Origin: Octopus vulgaris
Taxonomy: Eukaryota
DNA length: 64,000 nt
Assembly (NCBI GenBank): GCA_951406725.2
Contig: OX597814.1
Span: 160,766,001-160,830,000 of the forward strand
Direction of reading: 5' to 3'
Below, piece after piece: positions 51,761 to 64,000 of this stretch. The notes beneath the pieces were generated by a model, which saw nothing but the letters and a program-made list of their open reading frames with translations, made no database searches and was not told the origin of the DNA. The translations under genes and the position numbers were made by a program. Numbering within the stretch: position 1 is the first letter of the stretch; each line of letters begins with the position of its first letter.

Positions 51761-53891
51761 AGGCCTCATAAGAGACCTCACTCACACACACATACATACA
51801 TAAAGAGGTTCTCAAAGAACATAGAATCTAAGTGATATGAATTGCGTATTTGGTGAGTAATAATATATAGCAACGAAGATAGAAACTTATAGAAAGTTTT
51901 AAGGAGGGGAAAGTAGTAACTAAATTATGCAATACAAAATGAGAGAACAAGATTAATACAAATGAACTAAGAGAGCACCTGAATTTGAAGTGTTGTTTTC
52001 AAACGAGAAAACTGAAATAACATGTCAATGTTTGGAGCATATAACAAGATAATTGGATGAACAAACTGCTGAGGCTGATGATAGATGATATCCAAAGTAA
52101 AGCTGAACTAAAGAAAATTTGAAATGTTAAAAGAGAAATGTGAAAAACAAAATTAAAAAAAAAAAACAGAAAAAAAAGTGAAAAGCAGGATTAGTAAAAA
52201 AAAAAAAGAAAATTAAGATGGAACAAATGAGAGAAAAAAAGACAACTGCTGGAACATATCCAGCAAACTGATGTATAAATAAGGATGATAACAAAGAAAA
52301 AAGGGTTATTTTAAACAAGAAGCCATTTTTTTTCCCATTTGTATTTTCTTTCAAAAATATTAACTATTAGTTGTTATTGAGCAACCAGTCAGCCTATATT
52401 TATGATTCTATAAGGCATCATTTTATTTATTTGTTACTTTTGTCAGGGTTTATTACTTTTGAAAGGGTTATGGATGCTATTCTTTCAAAGTGTGTCAATA
52501 ATTCTTTAATGGCCTCTGAGGAGGAGGATAGGGACAAGTTATCCTCAAAGCAGAGACTTTGCCTAGTGTTTGAAAGTGAGCTCCACCAAAGGCACTCATG
52601 GATCACATGATGGTGGTGTTAAACCAAGACAAGCAACCAAAACTTCAGAACACAGAGAATCAGAACAAGGTATTTCATCCAACGCTAACAAGTCTACCAG
52701 CCCACTGCTCTATACAGGCACTTTATTTATTAAACCCAAAAGCATATGGAGCACTAAAACAAATGTTATTCTAAAAATGCTACCAAGTCATTGCTATAAA
52801 ACTGACAAAAATTGGTTTTGTTACTTTTTCTATAAATATCATGAAACCATATTCCCTAAAATGGAAAATATAACATTAGCTATTTTCAGTAATGACTGTT
52901 TAATTATTTCACAATATATTTCTTGCTTTATATTTATTAATAAATATGAAATGTGTAATGTTTTATTAATCACCTAACTGTGGAGGCTGAAAACTGCTGA
53001 CAATATTCTGTGATATAATGGAGATTTAGTCAAATAACTCAATCACAGTATTACTGGATAATATTAGGCTCCATTTCCTTCTCCCTGCACTCATCAGCTG
53101 ACAAATCTGTCAGTGAAAAAATAAATAATGAATTTATCATTTTCCTCATAGCTTAGCTAGAGGAAAAATAGTAACACTAATGATCTTTTACTGGTCCTCT
53201 GAGAGTGGTTATGAAAAGAAGAATCTATCCTCACAATGGATATGTGGTCAAAACACTTTCCACAGAATACATTCCATTAAAGATAGCCTATGGTATTTTT
53301 AGTGGAGTTTAAAACAGAGCAATAGATATGGTGTACCATCCAAGAACAGGTTGAAACAAGCTTCCACAATTTTTGTTTACTTACTTTCATTCCCAAGGAT
53401 TGGGTCAAATGGCGGCTAGATGTCATATAGTGGGGGTGGAGTAACGTGCCATATAGTAAGATGAAGCATGATGCCATAAAGCAGGGTTTGAATCCCGAGC
53501 TATATGACAGAAGCAAATTTCTTAAACCTATGATGGCAAATCAAACTTCTTAACCACATTGCTATACCTATTATTAGTCAGCTTATGAACACAGATTTGC
53601 TAAAATACTTTTCCAATAAGACATGGATAATAACAGGCCAAGTATAAAGTTTGATTTGTGAGAAGAGAGTAATCCCCTGTCTAGATTAAGATAGGCAGTT
53701 CCCTGAAATCAGCTTAAACAACAAAGTTCTTATGTCAAAAATCAGTTAGAAAATATTTATTAAAAGAAATAGACGTAAATTAAGTTAATCTTTTTCATGT
53801 AAACCATGCTTCAGGAATTCATTTTACAAAGTGAAATTAATACTATTGATAAACAAAAAGTTTCAACATTTGTTGTAATTACTTTACATAC

Positions 53892-53993
53892 AATTTTCAG
53901 TAATACGAAAGAAACTAAATAAATCCACTCTCTTCTCTGTAGGAACTTAACAGATGTAAGACCATATAAATAAAAAGATCCTTGATCAGCCAT
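53892..53993 (-). CDS. Weak candidate first exon, MADQGSFYLYGLTSVKFLQRREWIYLVSFVLLKI (phase 0)
   Basis: aacgATGG context, 34 open codons, ATT|GTATGT donor. Confidence 0.2.
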
Positions 53994-56900
53994 CGTTATT
54001 ATTTTATTGTCAAGCAAAGACCATAAGAAAACTATAAAGAGGATCTTAAAACATCCAAGTACTTAAGATCACTTTTCAACCTATGATACAAAGCCCTCCA
54101 ACCTATCACAATTTCTATCTAAGAACATTTGGAAGTGGTTTCAAACACTAAATAATTATGGGAAAGTTAGTTACTTGACTCAACCCATCTAAATTCTTGA
54201 TTATATTCAAAATTAATTGAAACACATGGATTAGAATTACGGCCACCATAGGAGTTAAACTGACCTACCTGACTGTCAAATAAGGAAGAAATGTCATGAT
54301 CTGTCAAAACACACAGTTGAGGGATGCACACACTGAGTATGAGCTAGGGTTAATACAACTTTAAACTATGCAATGACAAGTGAATTTCATTACAGACATG
54401 TATAGTAATAATCAGTCTGAGGTATGAACAAGAAAAGCTAAGTTCAAGTCCCATAGGATTCTCAGATTTCTTTTTAGCCTTATACTCTTAAGTATCATTT
54501 AAATGTAAACATGTATTTAACATTCAATTGGCAGCTAAACATCAATAAATTTAACTAAAAAAAAAATTCTTTTTAATTCAATTCAGCTAAATTTGGAGAC
54601 TTTTCCATTTTATGTTCTGTCTTCTCTTGGGACAAAACGAATTGATACCTACTTCTCACTCCACACCACCGGGAAAAAAAAGACCTATTGGGTATTTTCC
54701 ACAGCCATAATGTCCCAAATTCCCATTACAGTAATAAAAGATAACCAAATTAGGAATTTTCAAAAGCAAGACAACAAACGAAAGAAACAAATACTATTAA
54801 ATAGGTAACAGAAATTAAGTCTCGTGGGTGTAGTTATAGATGTGCTCTTGAAGAAGTTTGCTTTGCAATTACTGTGCAACACCATAGGCAAATGTCTTCT
54901 ACTATTGCCTCAGATGGACCAATGTCTTGTGACAGAAACTTGGTGAATGAAAACTGTACAGAAGCCTACCAGATGGACCATTCCTGTTCTTGGGTAACAG
55001 ACTTTAATCCACCCAGTTAAAACACCATTGCTTGACCATTGATTGCCTTTTGATAAGCCCACACTGGTTTAAGAATTCAGACCATGTCTCCTGTCTGAGG
55101 ATGACTTACTCCATTCCACCCACTTGTCTTCAAGTCCCCAAAAAGAGTTATAAAAACTGACCTTCCTCCTTTTATTATGCCATAAAAATATTTAAAACAG
55201 CTTCTTAATTGGGAAAAATAATAAATCCTATTTTTGTGCTTATGCCACTCACTTTGGAACCACATGGCTTTGGGTTTAGTCCCACTGCACAGCACCTTCA
55301 GCAAGTATTTTCTACTTTAGCCCCAGGTCAACCAATGTTTTGTGAGTCAATTTGGTAGATGGAAACTGTGAAGAAGCCCATGTGTGTGTGAGTGTGTGTG
55401 TGTGTTTGTTCCTTCCTCACCATCTTATCACTGGTGTTGGTTTATTTATGTCCCTGTAACTTAGCAGTTGAGCAAAAGAAACAAATGGAATCGGTACCAG
55501 ACTTAAAAATAAATACTGGGGTCAATTCATTTGACTAAAAACCCTCAAAATGGTGCCTCAGCATGGCTACAGTCCAATGACTGAAGCAAGCAAAAAAAAA
55601 TTAACAGTTACTCAAAAATAAATAACGCCTTTTTCTTTTTTTCCTAAATTTATTTTCGTCTAAATAATTTTAAAATTCTTTAAAGCTTGAAACTTTACAA
55701 ACTCCAAATTAAGTAGATTCTAAATGTTAGAGCTAAAAGCAAGGCTTCATAACTAGCTAATTAACTAACCAAAGAGAAAATAACCCAATGATTCTAATTA
55801 TATATGCCGTATAATTAAAACAGAATTAAAACAGATGGTAATTTATACAACTTCCATAAGTAGGTTGAACTAATTATATAAACATAGCATTGTGTAACTG
55901 TGGATCAGTTTTCAACAAATTTATCACACAAATCAAGTAAAATTTTCAGAATAAAACATCACATTTTGTCTATGAAAACTTTAATTACATTTCAATATTT
56001 TGAAGATATGAAATTACTTAACATATAAATTATCAGTTGAAATATTAAACTCAATTTCTTATGCTTGTTTTTGTTTTTTTGATTGTCTTTCTGGTATATC
56101 ATTTCAAGCAGCAAAATCTCTGATAAGGGCCAATGCAGTCCTATAATGTGCGCTCCTTCTCTTCTTTCTACAATGGGCATCCTCCTCTTCCAGCCTTAAA
56201 ATGTGCCTCCTACTTCTCCCAACCCTACACTATGTGACCCTTTCAACAATTTTTTTCTTTCTTCAAATTCCTTCAAGCATTGCTCTTTTTGCACAAGTTA
56301 AAGAATGCAGCTGGAAAATTATAATTAACTTTCACACAAGAAATCTTTACCATGCATGTCACTGGATAAATCTGATATCTTGTGAAATTTCAAATACTTG
56401 ATGCCAAATCATGTGACAGAGTCTAACACTACATGACACTCATCTATCCCACTCCAAATCTGTCCTCCATCCTCTTCTGTTCCAGAAGTGACCTTTTCTG
56501 CTTTTTCTTTTTTGTTGGTTTTTTTTTTTATTTTCATGTTTTTAGTTGGAGTAAGACATTTTGTTAAGAATTTGAGCACCACCACCAGATTTTTATGCCC
56601 AGGATAATCACCTAATTTGCCTAATGTACAGTATCAGCCTTGTTTCTGATTATTTCTGGTGCTATATTACTAAACAATTATTCCAGAAGAGAAATTCAAA
56701 TATACACAAATGAAAATAAGACAGTCTCATGTAGGTTCTGCAATGGCTAGATCACTCTTCCATGATATAAATGCTCCAGTTTCAACAAATACAACTCAGA
56801 AATAATACAATTCTACACAAAAGTTTCAAATCAGAGAATCAGAAAACTTATGGAGAATATCTTTGTCTTTATCCAAGAAATATTTAAATAGTTTCTCCTC

Positions 56901-57136
56901 GAAAGTAACTTGATTAATGGCCACTGCTAATTGAAGATACCTCAGCGATGCGCGTGTTTGTGTATGCTTAACCAACGAGAAGGGCAGAGTCTATGACCTT
57001 TTTTAGGGCCTCCTCAAGTTGGAGACTTGGTCCAAATGTTTGTAACAAAATAAACTCTATTAAAGCCACACAAAAGCTAAATAGTGGTATGAATCTGCAT
57101 GTCAGATTAAGATTTAACATCAATGAATGTCACTTG

Positions 57137-59700
57137 TCATACGTCGTCATCATCATCATTGTTTAACATCCGTTTTCCATGCTGGGGTCTGGGAAGCCAG
57201 GAGGCAGCACCAGGCTACAATCTGATGTGGCAGTGTTTCTACGGCTGAATGCCCTTCCTAACACCAACCACTCTGAGAGTGCAGTGGGTGCTTTTTTACG
57301 TGCCACCAGCACGGAAGCCAGAGGGAGCTGGCATCGACCACATTTGGATGGTGCTTTTTACATGCCACCAGCACGGGGAGCCAGACAGGCAGGGCTGGCA
57401 TCAGCCACAACTACAATTCCCATTTGATTGTGGTTTGATTTGATTTTGATGATGTACTTGACTCAATAGGTCTCAAGCACAGCATGTCGCTCTACGATCC
57501 AAAGGTACTTTTTGAGTGGGCTGGTTGTGCAACACTGGCATAGGCGACAGCTGTGATCTCACTTTATTTGCTGGGTCTTCTCAGTCACAGCATATCTCCA
57601 GAGGTTTCGGTCTTTCATCATTGCCTCTGTAAGGTCCAACGTTCGAAGTCGTATTTCACTACTTCATCCCATGTCTTCCTGGGTCTCCCTCTACCACGGC
57701 TTCCTTCCACTGGGAGTGGCACTTCTTCACACAGCACTCCACATCCATCCATAGCACATGACCATACCAGCACAGACGTCTCTCTTGCATGCCACATCTG
57801 ATGTTTCTTATGTCCGACATTTCTCTCAGGGTGCTTACACACTGTCGCATATACACACTGACATTACACATCCAGCAGATCATGCTAGCTTCAGTTCTTT
57901 CAATCTTACACATCTTCAGTAGTCACAGCCCATGTTTCACTGCCATGAAGCATGGCAGTTCGCACACATGCATTGTACAATCTACCTTTCACTCTGAGAG
58001 AAAGGCACTTTGTCACATGTAGGGGATAGAAGCTTTCTGAATTTTGCCCAGGCTATTCTTATTCTAGTGCAACGATCTCTGAATATCCACTCCCACTACA
58101 GACTTGGTCTCTTAGATAGCAGAAGCTATCAACTACTTCTTGTTTTTCCTCCTGGCATGTGATGGAATCTGTTTTCTGAGTATCTGTGGTTTTTATTGCC
58201 CCTGTGCATCTGCCGCACATGAAAGCTATCTTCCCAGTTAATCGTCCTTTGATGTTGCTGCACCTCTTATGCACCCATAGCTTACACTGGGTACATCTTA
58301 TAGAGTTTCTACATACACCTTTTCTACAGATCGAGTAGGGCCATCTAACTGAAGGGGTATGTGTTGTGTTTGCCTTCCTACTGACTAAGACTTTGGTTTT
58401 TACGACATTGACTCTAAGGCCCTTCAATTCTAAACCATGCTTCCACACCAGAAATTTCTTCTCTAGTTCTGATAGCGATTCTGCTATGAGGGCCAGGTCA
58501 TCAGCATAGAGCTCTCGGGGGCAACCTGTCTCAAATTCCTCTCTTATTGCCTCTCTTATACTTCAGTTCATTGATCCTCACATTGCTGGACATTGGCAAA
58601 CTTCTTATCTGCTTTTCCCTTGGCTATGTATACCTGTCACCCGGCCTCCCTCCTGGCTATCTGGTACAGTTCCCTGCTACTCCAACTCTTCCAGGATTTC
58701 CAAGCCTGTTACATTGCTCTAATGGCTTTGTCTACCATATTATTCCACTGCCACGTTACTGTAGGTCTGGAAGGGACTTTGCACCATCCGCAGACTTGGT
58801 CTGTGACACTTATTAAGCTGTCCCGGAGGAATTTCCAGCTACCCTCTATGTCCAAGGTCTGTAGCTCCTCCTCCTTCTCATCAAATTTCTCGGTGAGGAT
58901 GTCCCTAAATTTCTGACCATTAGCTTCCAAATCCTTCTTTTTTGGATTGGTCTGCTTCTTGGCATCCTTCTGGCTTCAAGTCTAAAGTCACTAATGACTA
59001 TGCTGGAGAGTACATTCTTCACCTGGGAGGGTTTTTGTATTTAAGAGCAACCCTGCATCCTGCTGTCTAGCTAGTGGAGTCACCTGATTAATAGGTTATC
59101 AGGTGGCTGTCTGGCTTCCTGAAGTTAGTATTGCGGATTAAAAGGTTACATGCATCACAGAACTCCAGTAGCCTAGTTACCTCCTCGTTTCGGGAACCAA
59201 TACCATGGCCCTCATGTATACCAGTGAAGATACCAGATTGCCATCCAACATGCCCATTAAAATCTCCAGCCACAAAGATGAGGTCATTGCCACTCATCTT
59301 TGAGGTGGCCTAAAGGAGGGTATCATAAAAATGGCCCTTCTGATCATTTGGTAGGACTGCTTGTGGGGCATAAGCAGAGATAATTGTAGCTGTACTGTTC
59401 TGCTGGACAAGTCTGAGCTTAAGCACTCTATCACATACTTTGACAACCTCTATGACTGTATCTACCCATTTCTCCGCATGGAGTATGGCTACACCTCCTA
59501 CTCTATCCATGTTACCTTGCCAGAAGATTTTGTACCTATGTGCCTGGCCTGTGAGGACCCTTGCTGAAGCTCCTCTCCATCTTACCTCTTGTATGCAGCA
59601 TACATCAATACATCTCCTTTCAAGCATCTCTACAATCTCACTAGCACTACCTTTCAGTATGCCTACATTGACAAAGCCAACTCTGAAAACTGGGAAAGGA
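57137..59700 (-). mobile_element. Defective RTE-type LINE: APE endonuclease, partly deleted RT with a PHD-like finger, 3' UTR and (GAT)n tail
   Basis: IDVCCIQEVRW, ISAYAPQ and AGDFNGHVG (APE); LYADDL near 58490-58513; GLRVNVVKTK; CTQCKLWVHKRC..CGRC; VDSFCYL; RLCWYGHV; GRGRPRKTW. Confidence 0.95.
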
Positions 59701-60586
59701 ATGTGAGGAGAGGCTTGGGGAGGAGAGATGTTATTCAGCGTCTAAAAAGAAAGGACTTATTTGACGGAATAAGGACAGAATGACACTGAATATCTCGTGA
59801 CAAACTTGTCAATGGAAACATATACTGAAACGTCATAAAAGAATAGTTATTTCCTAGAACATAGGAAAACAGCTCTTTAAAAGCACTAACAGAGATGAGA
59901 GACAATAAAATGAAACCTAATTTTAGATAATTCAATAACTCAATTAAAATGAAAGTATTTTTTTTCTTTTGCTATTTTATCTTGAGAGGCCTTTTCCTAT
60001 ATTCTGTTCAAATATTTAGTGATGCTCAAATGTCAAGTTACATGGAAATTTATATATTTTATTTCTTTTAGAGGCTTAATGCAAGCTAATGGGTTAAAAA
60101 ATTTTTAAACATAAAATACTTATGTGAGCACTTTTTACATTAATTTTTTTTTTTTTTGGCCTCCTTTCAGAATTCTTAACCCCATTCTTTTAAATATGTT
60201 ATGGCTTAATATTTCACTTCACTTATACCCTTAAGAAAGCATATACCCTTTCTCCACCCACCACCTCACCTATAAGTTTGGAAATTCGTACCTAACATAA
60301 GCTAGAGACCACAAATGTTAAGGAAGTGTGTAGTGAATTATATCAGATTAGTAAAAAACTAGTGTTTATTCTAATGAACCGAAACAAAAAGTACAGATGA
60401 AAGTAGAGGGACTCAAACTCCGACGTTAAATGTGTACATATAATTGATAAAGAAGGTAACAGTAAAACTCATGTTTTGAAATCAATGTCTGAACAGAGAC
60501 AATAAAAAAGACTTAAAGCTAAATACCAATTAAAGACAAATTTACTGAGGCAAAAAGCAACTATATTTATTAGAGACAAAACTTAC

Positions 60587-60674
60587 TGAAGGAAGATCAT
60601 TCTAATTAAGATTGGTAGTAGTTCAGCAAAAGAGTTGACCTTTACATAATAGTTCCAAACACAGGAATAAAGAT
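60587..60674 (-). other. Candidate 88-nt exon (5' UTR or coding, open as DLYSCVWNYYVKVNSFAELLPILIRMIFL)
   Basis: Acceptor tcatttcactattttatttcaaaatattcAG and donor TCA|GTAAGT. Confidence 0.35.
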
Positions 60675-61050
60675 CTGAATATTTTGAAATAAAATAGTGA
60701 AATGACTGTTTGGTTAAATTTAGTTTTAATCTAACCAACTTAATAGAAGAATATGGTTTGCTAAGGAGATCTACTAAGATGGAGAAAACCAATGAAACAT
60801 GTCGGTTGCTTTCACCAAATGGCTTAAAATCTACTCCAGTTTCTATTGTCAATATATTGTCCAAAAAGTTAATTAACTTAACTTATTAGAATTAACTCAC
60901 GTTTATATTGATTTTTCTTTTTTTGGTTTTAAACTACTACAGACTGAAATTTTGTCTACTAATCAGTCAGATAATCTCAGCTGACAATGTTTTTAAGTTA
61001 CTGTATTATATATGCAAAACCCTCTCATATTTGTATTTAGTATAAAGGAA

Positions 61051-61440
61051 GGCAAAGTGGCTGAGTTCCTTTCAAGTGTTGAGCCTCACAGAAGCATGGT
61101 GACTGAGTTCCTTTCGAGCATCAGGCCTCATAGAGGCAAAATGGTTGAATTCCTTTCGAGTGTTGGGCCTCACAGAGGCCATGGCCAAGACCTCTGGCAT
61201 TGTCATACTTGAGAAGACCGGTGTTATGCAAATGGCACCCATTACACTCTCTGAGTGGTTGGTGTTAGAAAGAGCATCCAACTCTAGAAAATTATGCCAA
61301 ATCAAACTGGAGCCTGGCATAGCCTTTCAGCGTACCAGCCCAGTCAAACCATCCAACCCATGCCAGCATGGACAACGGACATTAAATGATGATGATCATC
61401 ATCATCATGATCATGATAATGATGACCATGATCATGATGA
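61051..61440 (+). mobile_element. RTE-family-related element with three 42-bp tandem units and a (GAT/CAT)n tail
   Basis: ggcaaagtggctgagttcctttcaagtgttgagcctcacaga x3 (61051-61176), then the family terminus ccatgccagcatggacaacggacattaaatgatgat. Confidence 0.8.
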
Positions 61441-62613
61441 ATGCGCTCTTTAGATATTTTCCTTCAGCCACATTGGATAAAAATAATTAGCTTCTCAACT
61501 ATCTTAAAATTGAAATTGCCTAGTTAAGAAAAAATTTGGCAGCCAAATGACATACATCTAAGTCTCTTAAATAGCTCATTTACTATTGATGACATTGACA
61601 TCATAATTATTGAAATGAAAAGGGAAATGAGTTCTCTAAAAAAGAACATTTCTGCTATCAATCATCCCATCAGCCCTTCATTTTTTTAAAATGATAAATA
61701 GGGTCTCCTCTAGCCACAATATCAAGCAGGTTGAGTAACCACACAGATGCTCTCTTGTTGGTTCGACTTAATTATTGTGGATATTGTCCAGCCTCAGGTC
61801 AACCTTGATCTCAAGCACATTTCAGCCATGATTCTCCCCGCTTTGTTTCCAGGAATGGGACTAAACTGAATAGACACCAAATTTGTCCTTCCTTTTTTAA
61901 GGCAGTAAAGTGTCATTTGCAGAATATTTAGTTTGCTAACTGTAAGTGGTTGAGTGGTTGTATAGCAAGCATGTTGAAATTGATAATAGCAGAGCCATAA
62001 GTATTGATAAATTTCATCCTCCTCACTCCAGTCCCCTTAAGTAAATAAAGACATTTTCAAAGCCACTGCCCTTGATGTTAAAAGGTAGGTGAAACAGTTG
62101 AGTTAGATGATAGAATATAGGAAGCTTAGTGAGAGCTAATGTAACAATTTCTTTGACAATATCCACGCTGTAAGTTTACTACAGTTTACCCCATCTCCAA
62201 TGTTTACCAAGTTACGTACTCAGTATGTACACAGTGAAAAACTAATGCATATTTATACAATTAGTAAGCATCCTGGAAGCATTCTGAAAGTTACCAGGAC
62301 AATTATAAATCGACCAATCAGAGAACAGCATTTACAGTTGATTAGGACACAATGAATCTGGAATGCTCTGTTGTCGTCTGATTGATTGGTTTTGTACTCT
62401 TTTGTAGAGAGGCAGCAGTCTGAAGTGCATGCTCTCTACCTGACATTTACAGTCTCCCACATTCTCCTTTACCACCCTCACAAAGAGATGGAGAGGTGTG
62501 GATAAAAAAAGAAGCAGTAAAAGTTATGAAAAATAGATAAATTGCTATAATAACCTATAATAATCCAAAACTGTCATTCCACATGTTTTTGTGTGTTACA
62601 AGCTACAAGTTTA

Positions 62614-62655
<42 letters not shown>

Positions 62656-64000
62656 CAGGTCTAACTACTATAGACAGAAACTGGCCCCAAATCCCATATT
62701 CTAATTCATATAATACACACACACATACAAAAAAAAACTTTTAAAAAGACACTCTTGTCTAATTTGACTAAAGCTTGGATGTTATTTCAAGCAGATGAAA
62801 CAAACACACAGAGGCTTTCAAACATGGGAAAGACATTTCAATTACAGCACTAATGGAAATTTAACAACTTACTGAACAAACAGAGAAATAAAACAATATT
62901 AGCACTATATCATATTGTCATTAACTCTTTTTGTTTGAAAAAAAAAACAAAAAAAAAGTATATTACCAAACACAAATACCATAAAAAATTCATATATAAT
63001 ACACTCTTTCCCACCAGAATCAAGATTAAAATCAAGTATATATAATACATGGTATTTAGGCTGCAAACCCTTCCCTACTCTTATTAAGAAAATACATACA
63101 CTAATGTAATGAAGCTTTATTATTTTTTAGATTATTGTTTTATATCACTTTCATTATCCAAGCTTGCACAAGTCAGTCAAAATTTGTTTGGGCTGATTTT
63201 CTATAGACATATGCTTTTCCCATTACCAACCTTCACCTGTCACCAAGCAAGGTAATATTTCCCTTGGTCCTTCATACATGAAGACCACAATGACCAGATA
63301 GGTTTCCTCTATTGAGTATAAACTAACAACACTGTTTATATGATGGGATCTTTGTTTACAATTAAGCATGCACTATCAGGATAAAGAAAGACAAATACAC
63401 ATACACAGCAAGCTTCTTTCAGTTTTTATCTACTGTGCCCACTCACAAGGCTAACCTGAGGCAATAATAGCAGTTGCTTGCCTAAGATGTAGTATAATGG
63501 GACTGAACTCAAAACTGCATGGTTGCAAAAGCAAACTTCTTAGCCACACTATGCTAGCACCTTTGTATAAAAATGAAGAAAAAATGGCTTATTGAGAACA
63601 GATACAGTTATATTAGTTATGCTACATGAATAGATTACTAATTCATGTAGTAATTATGTAACACTGTGTATTATCCATGGTATTATAGGTTTTTAATGTA
63701 ATTTAGGCACCCAAAATCAAGATGTATATGACATATGATTATTTTATTTTTCTACTTGTTTCAGTCATTTGACTGCAGCCATGGATGCAGCAGTTGGGAT
63801 ATTGATGTTTGCATGACAAAGATGTTCGTTTATGACCATCACATAGCATCTAGCCCTTTAGTATTCAGAGTACTTTGTCAAATGTAATGCACAGCTGACT
63901 GGACATTCAAACTGTTTTGGTGACAGTACATTTTAGCACTGAAAGCAAACATGCACACACAAGACCACAGAAATACATATATATGAGGAATGACCACTAA

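Noticed and set aside
56941-57100. CpG cluster with a minus-strand GAG|GTATCT donor and a protein-like frame LEEALKKVIDSALLVG
   Set aside because: All three frames have a stop shortly before the donor with no ATG after it; it cannot be supported as coding.
61145-61453. ORF ending in a His/Asp-rich tract
   Set aside because: It is the translation of a repeat and its (GAT/CAT)n tail.
62313-62390. Imperfect inverted repeat accaatcaga...tgattggt
   Set aside because: Too degenerate; probably an eroded MITE end.
1-64000. Remaining 60-135 aa ORFs in the provided track
   Set aside because: They are low-complexity F/L/I/K-rich chance ORFs or translations of repeats, with no recognisable domains.

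Overview
AT-rich, repeat-dense animal DNA with no complete host gene. By recall only, the repeat families resemble those of octopus (coleoid cephalopod) genomes. Most of the window is CpG-depleted and reads like large introns of a minus-strand gene. A CpG-retaining promoter-like island lies at ~2.5-5.8 kb, and several short ATG-initiated, phase-0 candidate alternative first exons lie on the minus strand (best at 4373-4450). The gene itself is not identifiable. Mobile DNA includes a full-length dead mariner (21932-23142), a decayed hAT transposase (~44.3-46.1 kb), RTE-type and CR1/Jockey-type LINE relics, tRNA-headed SINEs and two TTAA-flanked MITE families. The most unusual signals are: (i) two unrelated ~340-355 bp partial-tandem units, each enclosing a decayed minimal type I hammerhead ribozyme (retrozyme or Penelope pLTR-like, at 14.0-14.5 kb and 33.6-34.1 kb); (ii) a near-perfect 98-bp-arm palindrome among (TA)n tracts; (iii) an inverted MITE pair sharing private variants; (iv) a fold-back footprint at a SINE junction, plus several perfect short hairpins. 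All calls were made by eye and boundaries of old repeats are approximate.
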